Positions 1 to 12,490 of a DNA stretch of 64,000 bases are shown in pieces. The notes under the pieces are model-generated. The model was not told where the DNA came from and did no database searches. It saw nothing but the letters and a program-made list of their open reading frames with translations. Source of the stretch: Klebsormidium nitens (lineage: Eukaryota; Plantae; Klebsormidiophyceae); the NCBI GenBank assembly GCA_000708835.1, contig DF236952.1:1-64000 (forward strand), given 5' to 3'. The position numbers and the translations under genes were made by a program. The stretch's first letter is position 1. Every line of letters starts with the position of its first letter.

Positions 1-679
1 AAAAGTGAGATAAGATTTTGCTATTTCACGTAGCTTATTACATAGGCATCATGCTTTTTCGCTTCGACTGCATATGTTGAGCGCACCCGACACGGCACAG
101 CCTCGACTCATTACGGCACGACATGATTTCTAGTCGTAGCTAGTAGCTACAATTTTACGTACCTGGTTTAGTACTTATGTGTGCCAGCCCTCGCTAGCTC
201 TTTAAGCTTTGGCAACGTACGTGCATGATTGCAACCACAATGTATAGCCGTTACATATATGGTGTCAATTTCAAGAGAGCTGCTACATATTTCAATAAAT
301 TCGCGCGGTCATGGCGCAAACCAGGCCGCCTGCCTGCAAACCTATTTTGATCTGCAAGGTAGTTCGTCCATGCTCTAGTAGCTGAATCAGACGTTCCGTT
401 TCTGTCCTCTCAATTCCGACTACTTCTAACTATCAATAACGTATATCCTCATATAGATAAATTATACGGTCTCACGTTATATTGATACTGTCTACATCAA
501 TGAATTAGTCTACAACTAGCTTATGACTTCTACTCAAATGATTGTCTTTGAGAAGCCAAAAGCTCTGAGTGCACACACAGTTGCAATAATCTTTAAGGCT
601 TAATCAGACCGCACTTCATACAAGGACCTCTCGCAGCCTGAATCGTTGAGACGCGCCCCTGTCGCTAACGAAGTTGGTC

Positions 680-705
680 GATCAGTGGTTAAGATCAGTG
701 GTTAA
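680..705. repeat. 13-bp tandem duplication
   Basis: gatcagtggttaa x2. Confidence 0.85.
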
Positions 706-816
706 AATTCCTACCTTACATGTCGGACCAGGCTAATCTACCCGGCGTCGCTACTTAGGAGTGGCCTAGCGCATGATTGGAAGTCCCAGGCGAGGCCTTG
801 AACATTCTTGATCTCT

Positions 817-3800
817 TCAGGAGGCCTCCGTTGCTGCTGCAACAGTGCCGTTGACGGGGACGTAGTGCTCCAGGATGACCTTCTCGAGGTCGGCGTGCCG
901 AACAGGCTTGCTCAAGAAACCGTCCATGCCTGCGGGCAAAGCTGGTTACGCGTTTGCAACAAGCTGCGTCCTCAACTTTGGAGAACTGGGAGGCAACCCG
1001 TCACCACTCGCGATCTTCACCGCAGTGCTTTGTGGCTTTGACCAAAATACTTCAAACAAAGCGTCATATGCATCCTGATCGACACGATACCAAGGACGAC
1101 GACGCGCCGAGCTTGCGGACAGGTCTTGGTCGACCTCCCAAAAGAACCGTCGACGGATTGTGCGTGACAGCAATCCTAAAAGACTCCAGAAGGGCAGCTG
1201 TAGCCCCGTTTGTCGGCACCTCGATGGGCATCTGTGTGACTTGAAAAAATGAAGAGAATGTCCATTGTGCTCCGCTTACCAGCTGCACGGCACTTTGCCT
1301 CGTCGTTATCCAGAACCGAGGCGGTCAGGGCGACGATAAGCTGCCGCCGCCCTTTCTCCCGCTCCCTCATTCGGATCTGTTTGGTGGCCTCGTAGCCGTC
1401 CTGTGAGAAAAATTGATCCTGTGCTTTTGGCGACCTGCCGCTGGATACTCAGTGAGAGAGTGGAAGTTTCGTTGCGAATAACGCACGTCAAGTCAATCCG
1501 CTTTATCGTTAACGAGCTCTTAGAAAAGAATCGTATGTTTCAGTAGGACCAGTCCAGCAGGCTATGATTGAGAAACAATTTGCGGTCTCGAGTGCCTGCT
1601 TCGGAGCCGCCTCCACGGGATTTCAAGCGGCGGACTGCCTCTCCGCTGCTCTGATATAGAATAACTCCGTTGCAGATGAGCACAACTTCGGACTCGAGTA
1701 CTGCGCTTCTGCGCTTCTGGACTTCTGAACGTCCTCAGTCGTCAAACACTTTGTTCAGCGGAGTTCCTTAAGCTCTCCTTATGTCCTTAGTAGCGTGCTG
1801 ATGCAAATAAATCATCCCGCAGCTTTTTGACTTTCATAAACTGAACAATCTGCATTGTAGCAGGATTCGTTTTCAGTTTCCAGGGGCCTTGTGCAGAGAG
1901 CTTACCATCTCCGGCATGTGGCAATCCATGAGGATGAGGTCGAAGTGCGTCTCTCGCGAGGCCTCCACTGCCTTACGGCCGTTGTCCACGACTTCGAAAT
2001 CGCAGCCCAGGTTGTGCAGGATCCGCGTGGCGACCAGCTGGTTCACCTTGTTATCCTGCAAGGTCGCCAAAAACTCTTGAGCGCCAACGTTTAGTATTGG
2101 CACGCATTCAGATTGGCATTGATACCAATTTGATCAGGACAACGATTCTCAACCATGCGTTGACGTTCTCGAGGCCTTCACCAAACAGCTTAGGCAAAAC
2201 CATTGACGATCGAGGGGCATTTTCTACCTTTGAAAAACCGTCGTTTCAGCCAGAAACACGTAGCACCGATCCTCAATGGCAATGTAAGCAACTTTCTTTT
2301 GTGGAATTCACATCGTGGGTTTCCGGTCCAAGGCAAAGCACAACACAGATGTAAAGGTGCCTGCACAACGAGACCCCAAGTCGCTAATTTACCTCTGCTA
2401 CGAGAACCCGCAGACCCTTGAAACTTTTCAGCTTGTGTAGCTCGATGGGAGGCGTGTGCGAGTCGTCTCCGTATTCTCGAACGCGACCGAATGCTTTGGG
2501 AGATGCCTCCGGGGTCCCGCTGCCGGGGGGGAGGACAATGCGCAGCCCCATGTCGGACGACGACTTCTGTATCAGAGCAAAGAAGAGCGGCTTCAGTATT
2601 ACCGCTTCTTGCAGTCCTTGAGTCCTGGAAACGTCACTGATTCCTCAAGGAATGGAGCCGGTCAATAGGTGCCCGGCATAAGGGCAGAACGGCAGACGTT
2701 TCACTACGTGCCGGAGTAGGTCCAAAGGCCTATGCTTGAAAGGTGCACCCGAGTTGTGATAGACGGAGATTGGTTCAAACGACGCTCGCTTGTAGTGAAA
2801 AAGCCCGCTTCGGGCCTTGGCCTCTCATGGGAGGGAGAAGCGTTGCGGAAGAGGTTGAAGCATTTTTGAATCCTGTCTCCTCCATTTCAGACGCATGGCA
2901 AATCTCCTATAGGAACCTTTCGGACCCTGGGCTCCTCTCAACTTGCAATCATGGAGCGCCCGCTCTTATTGGAGCTTCACAAACTCATCCGCCACGTCAT
3001 TCTCATAACGTCCGACCCAAAGGTCAATCTGAAGCACCAGGCAGCACCAGGAAGTGGACAAAGAGCTTCTCCTCGAGCGCAAAGGATAGCAGCAACCAGA
3101 ATCGGCCGGTGGTTTTGACGCCGTGACAAGACCGTTTACGCACCCGTCCTGGTGGCCCTGTCTCCCGGATGAGCCCCAGGCGGACCGTGAAGTAGAACGA
3201 CGTCCCGACGTCCACTTTGCTTTTGAGCCACATGTCGCCTCCCATCTGGTTCGCGAGCGATTTGGAGATGCACAAGCCGAGACCCGTGCCACCTGGAATT
3301 CGTAACCTCTTGAGACCCGAAAAATTTCAAGCATGCGCATGTGAAAGCGAGTAAGTGGGCTAATACTAATACAGAGTAACAGTAATGAAGGCTAATACTG
3401 ATATTGACTAATACTACTACAGACGAAATACTTGAAAGCTCAGCTAATAGCCCTGTGGCGAGCAGGAGCGTTGATACAGCACAACCTAAGCTTCGTCTTG
3501 TTCGACGGTCTTTTTCTTGACAGTGCACAGACCGGCTGCACGTGAAGGAGGCCGGGAAGCTGAACGGTACGAAGCTTCGATCAAGCAAAGGTGAGCTGAC
3601 CAACCTGGAACGGGTGGCGTTAGGTTGGGGGATTAGGGTGGGTACGGGTGCGGAGCGGGTGAATTTATGGGTTTAATCTTTTAGTTTCACTTTAGGAGCT
3701 CACTTTCGCTAGAGCTTACTTTTGCTACATTGGGGAGACATCTAAAGGGTGCCCCGCTCACCGTAGCGGCGTGACGTGGACGCGTCTGCTTGCATGAACG

Positions 3801-6800
3801 CCTGGAACAGCCGGCCCTGCGCCTCCTCCGGAATCCCAATCCCGGTGTCCCTCACCTCCACCAGCAGCAGCACGTTCGCCATGTCCAGCGGCAAATAGAG
3901 CGACGGGGCGCTTGTCGCCCCCGACGGGATGAAGCCAGAGTCGCCGGCAGAGTGCGTCTGCCGTCTGGATGACGGCGGTGTCAGTTTTGTGCTGTAGTGG
4001 CGCTGCAGCCGGAGGACCGCGGGGTTGGCCTGGGGAGGGCTTGTGCACCGTCGACTCGGTCTCGGCGAATCGCTGGTGAAGAGCTCCCCGGGCATGATGG
4101 CGGGCGGTTGGTCGGTGGCCAGGCTCACCAGTATGTTGATCTCGCCCCTGCACGTGGCTCCAGGCGAGACGTAAGTGGAAGGAGATTTTGGGCGGACCAA
4201 GATACATATGAATCTTTCGCGTATTAATATGATTCTGGAAACACAAGTCCGATCGGCATCGGGTTTGGGCTTGATGAAGCTGCCAGGAGTCATACTGTTG
4301 GAGGCTTCGTGTTTCTTCCGGGAAACGAGGACGCCGTATGCATGAATAACCGCTTCGACTGAATGACTCCGCTAGAATCGAAGACAGAGGACTGAGTTGA
4401 GTAGTGGATCAGAAGCACTGCAAGAGACTAGAGACTGTGTCGAGTGTTACCTCTCGGTGAACTTGAGCGAGTTGCTTGCCAGGTTGAGCAAGATCTGTCG
4501 GATGCGCATGGGGTCCCCAATGAGATTCTTTGGCACCGAATCGTCGATGGAGCACGAGATTTTGATACCCTTCCTGGTAGCATTCACCGCGAGCAGGGTC
4601 AAGGTCTGCTGGATCTCCCGGCGCAAGGAGAATCGGACGCTCTCGAGACGCATGTTTCGGCTCTCTATCTGCAGAAAGAGACCAGCGACCGGACGTAAGC
4701 GTCGCGTACAGAAATTGCGGCCATCAAGCATCCAATTCTTGGGACCCCTCATGAACAGGCCCAAAATTCACAACAGGTGCTGGAGAGCTGAAGCTGTTAC
4801 GTTGGTGACATGTTCAAGCAAGCCCTAAGTCAACCGCATCCCGCTCTCTTCGGTCGTTCCTCGTCAGATCAAACTCTAGCTGGACAAACATTGGTTGCAA
4901 GGCTGTCTTCAAAGGCTGAGATGAAGAAGCAAGGTCTTCGCTCGTGATCCTCACCTTCGAGAAGTCCAGGACATCGTTGATCAAAGCAAGGAGCGTGTCG
5001 CCGCTCGAAATGATGGTTTCAACGTAACCTCGCTGCTCGGTTGTGAGATCCGTCTGGAGAAGAAGCTCCGCGACCCCAATGACGCCTGCAGGGCGCGCCG
5101 ATGTTGCATTATACGACTTTATGTAGCTGAATGAAACGGGGATACAGGTCCCAGCATTACCCGCTGATTCAGATTTTCAGAGAAAAGGTATACAGGGCAA
5201 TGGTTTGAGGCTGCTTTAAACGACATATGAAAGATTGATAATCACGCAGCTTGTTAAGATTCTAGAGTGGTGCCGGCAAACCAGGAACTATTAATGATTC
5301 AAATTCAGACACCCCTTCACCAAGCATGGTTAGTCGCAAAAACTTTCTGCGATAGCATCAATAGTGGCAGCGGAATCCCGCATTGTTTTATCTGGCCTCA
5401 AAAAGCTCTGAATAAACTCAGTCTGGTCTGCCAGCCTAAGCGGAGTCTTCCATTTGGAACCTTTTCACAGCATGACCACTAACCGTTCATAGGCGTCCTA
5501 ATCTCGTGGCTGCAGTTAGACAGGAAGTGAGACTTGGCCTTGCTCGCATCTTCCGCCGCCTCCTTGGCAGCTCTCAAGGCGGCTTCGGACTTCTTCCGTT
5601 CCGTCAGGTCGTGCCACACCGTCATCAGCACCTGGGAGGAACAAGGCTGGTCGACCGTGGCTAGCTCTATGTTAGGTACCCTTTGACCAAGGGAAAAATT
5701 CTTCAACTTTGATAATTTGATTTGGCACCTCTGATTATTCTTATTCTTATTCTAGCGCACGACGGTCTGCAATGAGGGTATGTTTCTACATAAACAGATC
5801 TGTATACAAGCGCAGAAATTCCAGTGACCCGAAGCGAGGGGCCAGTGCCCCTGCCGCTGCTGCTTGTTGACTTCTGCGCAGATCTCTCTTAAGGTTCCAA
5901 GCCCTCAAAGCTGCCAGCCATGACGACTTAGGCCCCTTGTGTGCGAGGTGCTATTCAAATGATGCCACCGCTTCCGGTACTAGCAGGGGCGTGCAGTCAA
6001 CGACGCTCCATCGCGATCCTCCAACGAACCCGACCAAGAACTTCAGTGCACGAGCATAGCTCTCGGGGCAGCAGTGTTTCTTTTGTTGTATAACATGTAA
6101 AGCCTGTTGGCCGCTAAGAGTGGTTAGTGCAAACGCCGTCTAGATTCCTGGTCCCGGAGGCTTGTCAGTGTCGACGATCATTGTTAGAACATGTCCGTGC
6201 GAACTATGCACTAACAATGCCATTGTACCTGTACACCGCCCCATGCCTTTCATACGCGCACGGGCTTGAAGAGAAGAGTCCATTGAGCATCAGTGAGGGA
6301 TGTCCGACGTCTCTGTGTCGAAGTCATAAATGTCACCGGAGGTTGCCCCGAATCGTCCAAAAGGAGCTTTGGCTCTAAACCATTTCAGATTGAGTGCAAC
6401 AAATCAAAAGCTTTATATTCGGACTACATAATACTTGGACCTCATTAGGCGCTTCGATGTACAAGCCTGATCTCACCGTGACTCCCTCCAAGACGCAGGA
6501 AGTGATGTGCACATCGACGAGAAGCGGTGTCCCGTCGCGCTTCTGGTGGGCCCACTCAAAGTTGCAGTAGCCTTGCTCGCTCGCTATTCGAGCTTTTTCT
6601 AGACTCTGTAAACGGGCAAGGAAAACGATTTTCTTTAAGATTCCTCACTCGAGCTGAGGTCAAGGCTGCGCGATCAAGTTACCAGAAATCTCTGAGGTGT
6701 ATGAGCTTGGTGTCAAAAACAGACTTGTCATAGGCATTGTGATGTTTTGAGTTGCCGGATCCTCGGTTGCCGATCTCGAGAAGTGGCCGAGATATTTGGT

Positions 6801-9800
6801 TGACAGCCTTGAATCGCTCCAATATCACTTGAAAAGCATCTGTTGAAGTTTCGTCAAATGAGGACGTATGCGACAATCACCGACAAAACTAGAGTCAATC
6901 GACTGTCAGGGTCACTTCCAAACCAATCAAAATCAAGACGACTCACCCCCTCTGCTGATGGCCTACCATCCGCTTGAAACGGTGGATTGATGTCTCCAAG
7001 GTTCAAGGAGATGAGATCGCTCCTACTTTGAAAGCCCAAGATCGCCACAGCGGCGTCGTTGCACTCCAAAATCGTTTGTCCACGGAAAATCAGGTAAGGA
7101 TCCTGGGAGGATTTCAATTTAATGTGTTTCAAGCTAGGTGTTGCGAGGAAACGGCTTAGCGCATATCGTCTTGTTTAACGAGTTTTGCACCAAGACATCC
7201 AGCGGCAACAAACATGGATATTGTCTTTGGAACACCGAAAGAGGACCCCTTTTAACAACTGTCAGCCTCGAAAACAGCTTGCAGCTTTACTCGATCAGCT
7301 TGGCTCACAGAGCTCTCTGCGAAGTATTTCATTCCTTCAGAAATGATATTGATGACTGTTTCCGTGCCTTCCAGACAGGAAGCCGCTTTCAACGGTTCAA
7401 GTACATGTGCTTCCGTTGACTCGCGTGCTGGCATTAAAAGATAGTCTTTATGAGCATTGATGTTCAGCCACATATGAACAGCTTTCCTTTTCAAAAAAGA
7501 TATCTTTTGGGCCTGAATATCATGCGGATCTTGGACCCACCTTCGTCAACTCGAAAATCTTCTTGAACTTTTCGGTTGCTGACTGGCGTTCCGTCGCATC
7601 GTGAACAACCCAAACCTGCAATTGGAAGTGCAAACAGTAAGTCATGCTTGAGATCTGCTTGAGTTCCTGAATGATCGCTCCGGGGCAAGCGCATGTCCCA
7701 AGCAGATAGAAGAAAATTGCAAGCTCACGTTCTGCAAAGCGAAGGACATGAGAAGAAGATCAAGTCCTGAAGAAGGATTCGAGACTCAAAGGGAACAAAG
7801 CACTGATACCAATGGTTTCGATGAGATCCATTTAGTGATTGATCGTTTAACGTTTACTCAGAGTCTTTCTCAATAAGTCGTTTACAAAGTGATTGTGGCG
7901 TATGATACCAATAGGACCCCATTGAGAAGAGGAGTGTGTGATTGAAGAACATCAGCCGACTTTCTTTGAACAACGAAAGCGGACGTAACAATAGAGTGAT
8001 TGCGAAGTCAATACCTCCCCATGCGGTTGGATGCTCAACCCAAAATCGAGTAGGATCTTGTGTCCATCTCTGCAGAAGACTTCGATCACCTTGGGAGGTT
8101 CCACGACCTGCAATGGAAACATGGAGGTCGTACAATGTTACGATGAGTGCCCAAGCTTTGTCAGATGCAAAGAATGCTGTATTTCAGATTCTTTTGAGAT
8201 TTATTGGACCGGTATGTTCTGTATGGTGTACTATTGACTACAATAGGGAGCATGCTCGACATCAACACTATTGGACCAGCGATTGCTGTCTGCAGGTTGA
8301 CGTTGGATGTCAAAGCTGATCATTAATTTGCACGGAACTTTGATCGTGTAAAAACTGTCAACGCTAGACAAGATAATGCTAATAGAGACAAACTATGGGT
8401 GCAATGCATGCAGTATGCAAGACTCACGCCAAGATAGAGCTTGTGGTAATTCTCCAAGGCTTCCTCAGCCCCTTGACGATACAGCGCTTTGAAAAGAGCA
8501 GGAAGACTTCGGACGTCATCCTGGCACAATCCTAGCAGCTTCTCAACAACGGGGTTGACGTGAACGAGCGGATCCGCAGGGTTGTCGCCCCGGTAGATCT
8601 GCAAGAAATGCAGAAACCTTCATTTTAACCGCCTCTTGGAATTGTGATTTCGTCCCAGGCTACGATGCGAGCCGGCCTGCTTAAAGGGCATTTCGAAGCC
8701 TATGCTTGCAAGCCGCCACTAGGGTAGAACCAACTGATTCAGAAATTTTACAGTGTCCACTGAGCGCATGCTGAAGCTGAATGTCAAGGTGGTTCTCAAA
8801 CTTCCATTTTAGTTGAAACTCTTTGTCTATTGGAATAAACTGAGGGAGACACGATGAGAACATGAAAACTGCTAGATTGATTTTGCCGGAGGCCCCTTCC
8901 TTCAGACGTAACCAGAAAGCCAAATCAAAAAAGTATTACACGTCGAAAGCGGCTTCCAACACACGTCGCGTTAAGGTGCTGCAACTTCCGGGCGCGCTGG
9001 ACGGATTCCAATTACTCCAACTGGTCGAAGCTGCACTTCATGCTCAGATTCAGGGTCCTGACGTATAGCAGCCAGCCTTGTGAAAGATAAGCAGCTTCAT
9101 CATCTACTCACATGCACAGCACCAACTGTGAGGCCTTCCACCATGAGCCGCAACCGTTCAGCAGCTTGTGCAGTCATCTCCAAGGCGCGCTTCGCCTTGC
9201 GAATGTCCTCCACAACGAAGGTTCCGTGACTGCAAGCAATCACGAGGTCGACTCTTCGTGATCGGAAGTCAGAATGATTCCTTTAAATCATTTTCCGTTG
9301 TGATTTTTGAGCTGATTGCAGCAGCTTAACATGCTTGTGAAGAAGAGGCTGCTATAGTCTCTATGTTTCGATCATGAATGACAAAATCTTGGTTTCGATC
9401 CTTGGAGGTGCTGTAATCACTTGTTCTCAAGCTGTCAAGCTGCAGACAGAAGCTTGAAAGAGTGCCAGCTTTAACTGTTGCAAGGCATTCAGTATGCTAA
9501 GATTCAACGTGGAGTGAGCCAGGAGATCACATCGTTGAATCCCAAGCATGATAAATGAATATCGCACACGGGGTTGGAAGGCTCGAATGTCGACTTGCCC
9601 TCGCATGTCCTCGGGTGCGCACCGGACGCTTGTCAGGCGGACCCAGATGCGAGTGCCATCCTCGTGCAGGCACTGCACCTCCTGGTTGGCGCATTCCACC
9701 TTGCTGTCAATGAAGCGCTGGATGTTCTGTAGGGAAGAGGCCCTTGATTTGTAAGACTCCTCGAAATTTTAGCTCGAATATCTACTCCGATTGGACTCAT

Positions 9801-12490
9801 TTGCATGTATATGCATCTTCCGTCAACTTCATAAGACTCAAGTTCCCCCTGAGCTTCCGGGACTGATAGAAAAGGTAATCTTATGAAAAAATTCGGGCAC
9901 TTCTGACGGGGAAACTCGTATTGCGTCACATCGCTAAAACGCAAACGTTTTCTCAAAAGGCGCACCGTGAGGTACTTGGCCCGGTCTTCCGGCGCCACCA
10001 GGTCGCGGAAGCGCCACCCCGTCAGCTCGCCGGGCGTGTACCCCAGGATCCGCGCCATGGCCTTGCTGGCCTCAGCAATGACGCACGTGGACAGATCCAC
10101 CAGCGCCGTCCCCACGCCCGCGATGTCCAGCAGCGACCGGTAGCGCGCCTTGCGGTACGTCAGCGCGCGCACGACGTCCTTGAGCGCCGAGATCTCGGGC
10201 TCCATCTCAAACGGGTCGCCGCACTGCACAGTCGGAAGCCTTAGTTTATCGAAAACAAAGGCTTAATGACGGCCCTCAGGCAGCGCGAACTGACTTCTGT
10301 AGCGGCCGATGGGTCTGTTCGACTCGCCCTGGGCTGACAAGGTTTGCAGTCGGAGCGCGGAGGGGCGCCTCTGATGTTGGTGTAAGATGGGTTTGCAGTG
10401 GAACAAGCGCGATCGGACTTGGATTGTAAGGAGGCCAAAACCGTTGGCTTTACGTAAATATGGTCCTTTTTAGGACAAGTCGAACCGAATGTTTCAGAAG
10501 ATGCTCACCTCTTGTTCGTCAGGGACAATTTCTCCAGCCAAGAGTTTCTCATGACTGTACTTTTCACCCGGCAGACTTCCGCTCAGCGAAGTCTTGCGCG
10601 AGACGCTGGATCTCGGCTTCTTGAGGTAGCCCTGCAAGCAGACACTTTTGATAAATTGACAATGTAACACTTTCTGCCGGACACTTGTTCTTTCCTCTCA
10701 AGTGCTAAGCACCCTGAGAATCGAAGACTCGGAGACGTGCGCGGACTGTGGCTAGGCCGGAGCTCCTGTAATAGTATGCTCATTGTTCTGGACCAAAGTC
10801 CCGTTCATTTAGCATGCATATGGTGACAAGCAGATAAAGCACAACACAGGGAGCCCTCTGATTGATTGCGGTGATCTGGAAAGCAGAAAGAGAGGAAAAA
10901 GGAGTAAAGGAGCAAGGCTTTTTCGAGCAGCCAACCAGCCCCACAGCTCACCTCGAGCGCCTTTTTGCGCGGCACCAGGTTCGGGATGACGACCGTCGCC
11001 TTGCGCACGTCGCGCCGCAGGTCGCGCACTCTTCGGACCAGCTTCTGCAGCGCGGGCACGTGGCAAAAGCTCGCGAGCACCAGAGGAGCCCCCGGGGGGA
11101 TCCCCCGGTTCTGCCCGTCGTCTATACTCGTTGGGTCGGAACCGTGTCGCCCCGTCTCTGACCCTGACGTCACGAGCTGTAACTCGACCTGAACGCACAC
11201 GTCACTGTCGTTGAAGCTCTTGCGAGTGTCTACGCCTCCCCACACCCAAGACTGCTTCGTTCGCATTGTCACACGGCTCGCGTCTGCTGGCGGCAAATGA
11301 TTAGTATTCCTCCTCTCTACTTCGTCTACGTCCCGAGTGCCCCCTTGTGCTTGGTCGAACTCCCTCGGATTCTGCTCCCGTTCTATGGGAAGGTTGGCTA
11401 CGATCAACTTTCCGCTTCGCTGCGGCTGCCAACTGAACGACCTTAATAATGTTTCTCGTCGAGTCACTATCCGAGATGCCTTCTTCGCTCCCTCGTCTGC
11501 TTCCGTGCTCCCAATTGTCTCCCCCACGGTGGTTTCCGGGATTGCCTGTTCGCAGCTTTCTGGACGCACTTTCACGGGTCTCGTCACACCCCACGAAACC
11601 CTCCGTGATTCCTCGCTGGCACTTGTACCCCTTTGTTGCTCAGCGGAGGTCTCCGCAAAACTCCCTTGCTCTGCCGCCGTCCTACTCTGGGAGCCCAAGC
11701 CATCTTCTGCCGTTACCCCGCTGCTGTTTCGTTGCCGCAGCCCACCAGTCTCGCTGAGACTGCTCCGAGAGGTCGTTTCTGAGCATCTGCTCTGCTTGCG
11801 CAGTGCGGAGGGGAATGCGGCCAGGCTCCGCTTATGGGCCTTGAGCTGCTTCACATACTGACGGAACTGGGGCGCGGTCAATGAGGGCAGCAGGTCAAAC
11901 AGGGTGACGTCCTGCTGCAAGGACACATGACGTGAGAATCTTCAAGCAATTTTGCGTGAACTTTGGCGGAACTTCCACACAACCTAGAGATTGAGCCTCC
12001 TTGTCTCAGAACCACTAGTGTAGACCGTGATCATGTTCTGTTTGGACAAGTTGACTGTGAGGGTTGAGTCTACTATCTAACAAGGTGCTCACACAAGGAA
12101 ATAGTTTGCGAGCAGCCGAAGCGCGGGTACTCAGTTGGGCACAAGAGATCTCAACCCTGCCGCCAACATCCGGGCACTGGCCAATATGATTGATGTTTCT
12201 TCCAAAGAGCTGTCTTAGAAGGTTGTGATTGGTGTATGCTCATGACCATTCAAAGCAAGCCGATTGTAATGATTGGTAAAGTGCCTGATCTGGTCAAATG
12301 TAATCAGGGGAAATCTGTGAGCACTATATAGTGAAGGAACAGGATTGCCAGAACCATCCACCTGTGGTACTCCGCCTTCCGCCTCCAAACCGGCAGCCCC
12401 CAGCAGGCCCCTGCTCACTGTAATGAGCCTGCCAGTCTCGCCGTCAAAGAGCCCCTGAAGCGCCCAGGATTGCTGGACGGAGACCTCCAT
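817..12490 (-). CDS. Soluble hybrid histidine kinase, PAS-PAS-PAS-PAS-HisKA-HATPase_c-REC (about 19 exons)
   Basis: Spliced exons give: H-box [17 protein letters not shown]|[13 protein letters not shown] (~4955-5632); N-box [20 protein letters not shown] (~4451-4670); G1 [25 protein letters not shown] (~3751-4165); G2 [18 protein letters not shown] (~3141-3295). The receiver is LRVLVAE|[18 protein letters not shown]|[17 protein letters not shown]..|GMDGFLSKP (2393-2566, 1906-2055, 1280-1400, 817-929; stop at 817-819). PAS exons lie at ~6478-7102, ~7537-9232, ~9121-10225 and 10952-12490. The start ATG at 12490 (MEVSVQQSW) is inferred; 5'UTR exons may extend to ~13400. Confidence 0.92.
3620..3725 (+). 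repeat. Short dispersed intronic repeat, copy 1
   Basis: ttagggtgggtacgggtgcggagcggg (3633-3659) matches the reverse complement of 18305-18332, with weaker similarity downstream (ggagct...agcttact). Confidence 0.6.

Noticed and set aside
3342-3358. 17-bp exact match to 46777-46793 (tgaaagcgagtaagtgg)
   Set aside because: There is no flanking similarity, and one 17-mer match is within chance expectation for a 64-kb self-comparison.
6478-12490. PAS domains as LOV photoreceptor domains, and the HK plus neighbouring NRL as a light-signalling cluster
   Set aside because: No GxNCRFLQ-type motif appears in any reconstructed PAS exon, and same-strand adjacency alone is not evidence of a shared pathway.
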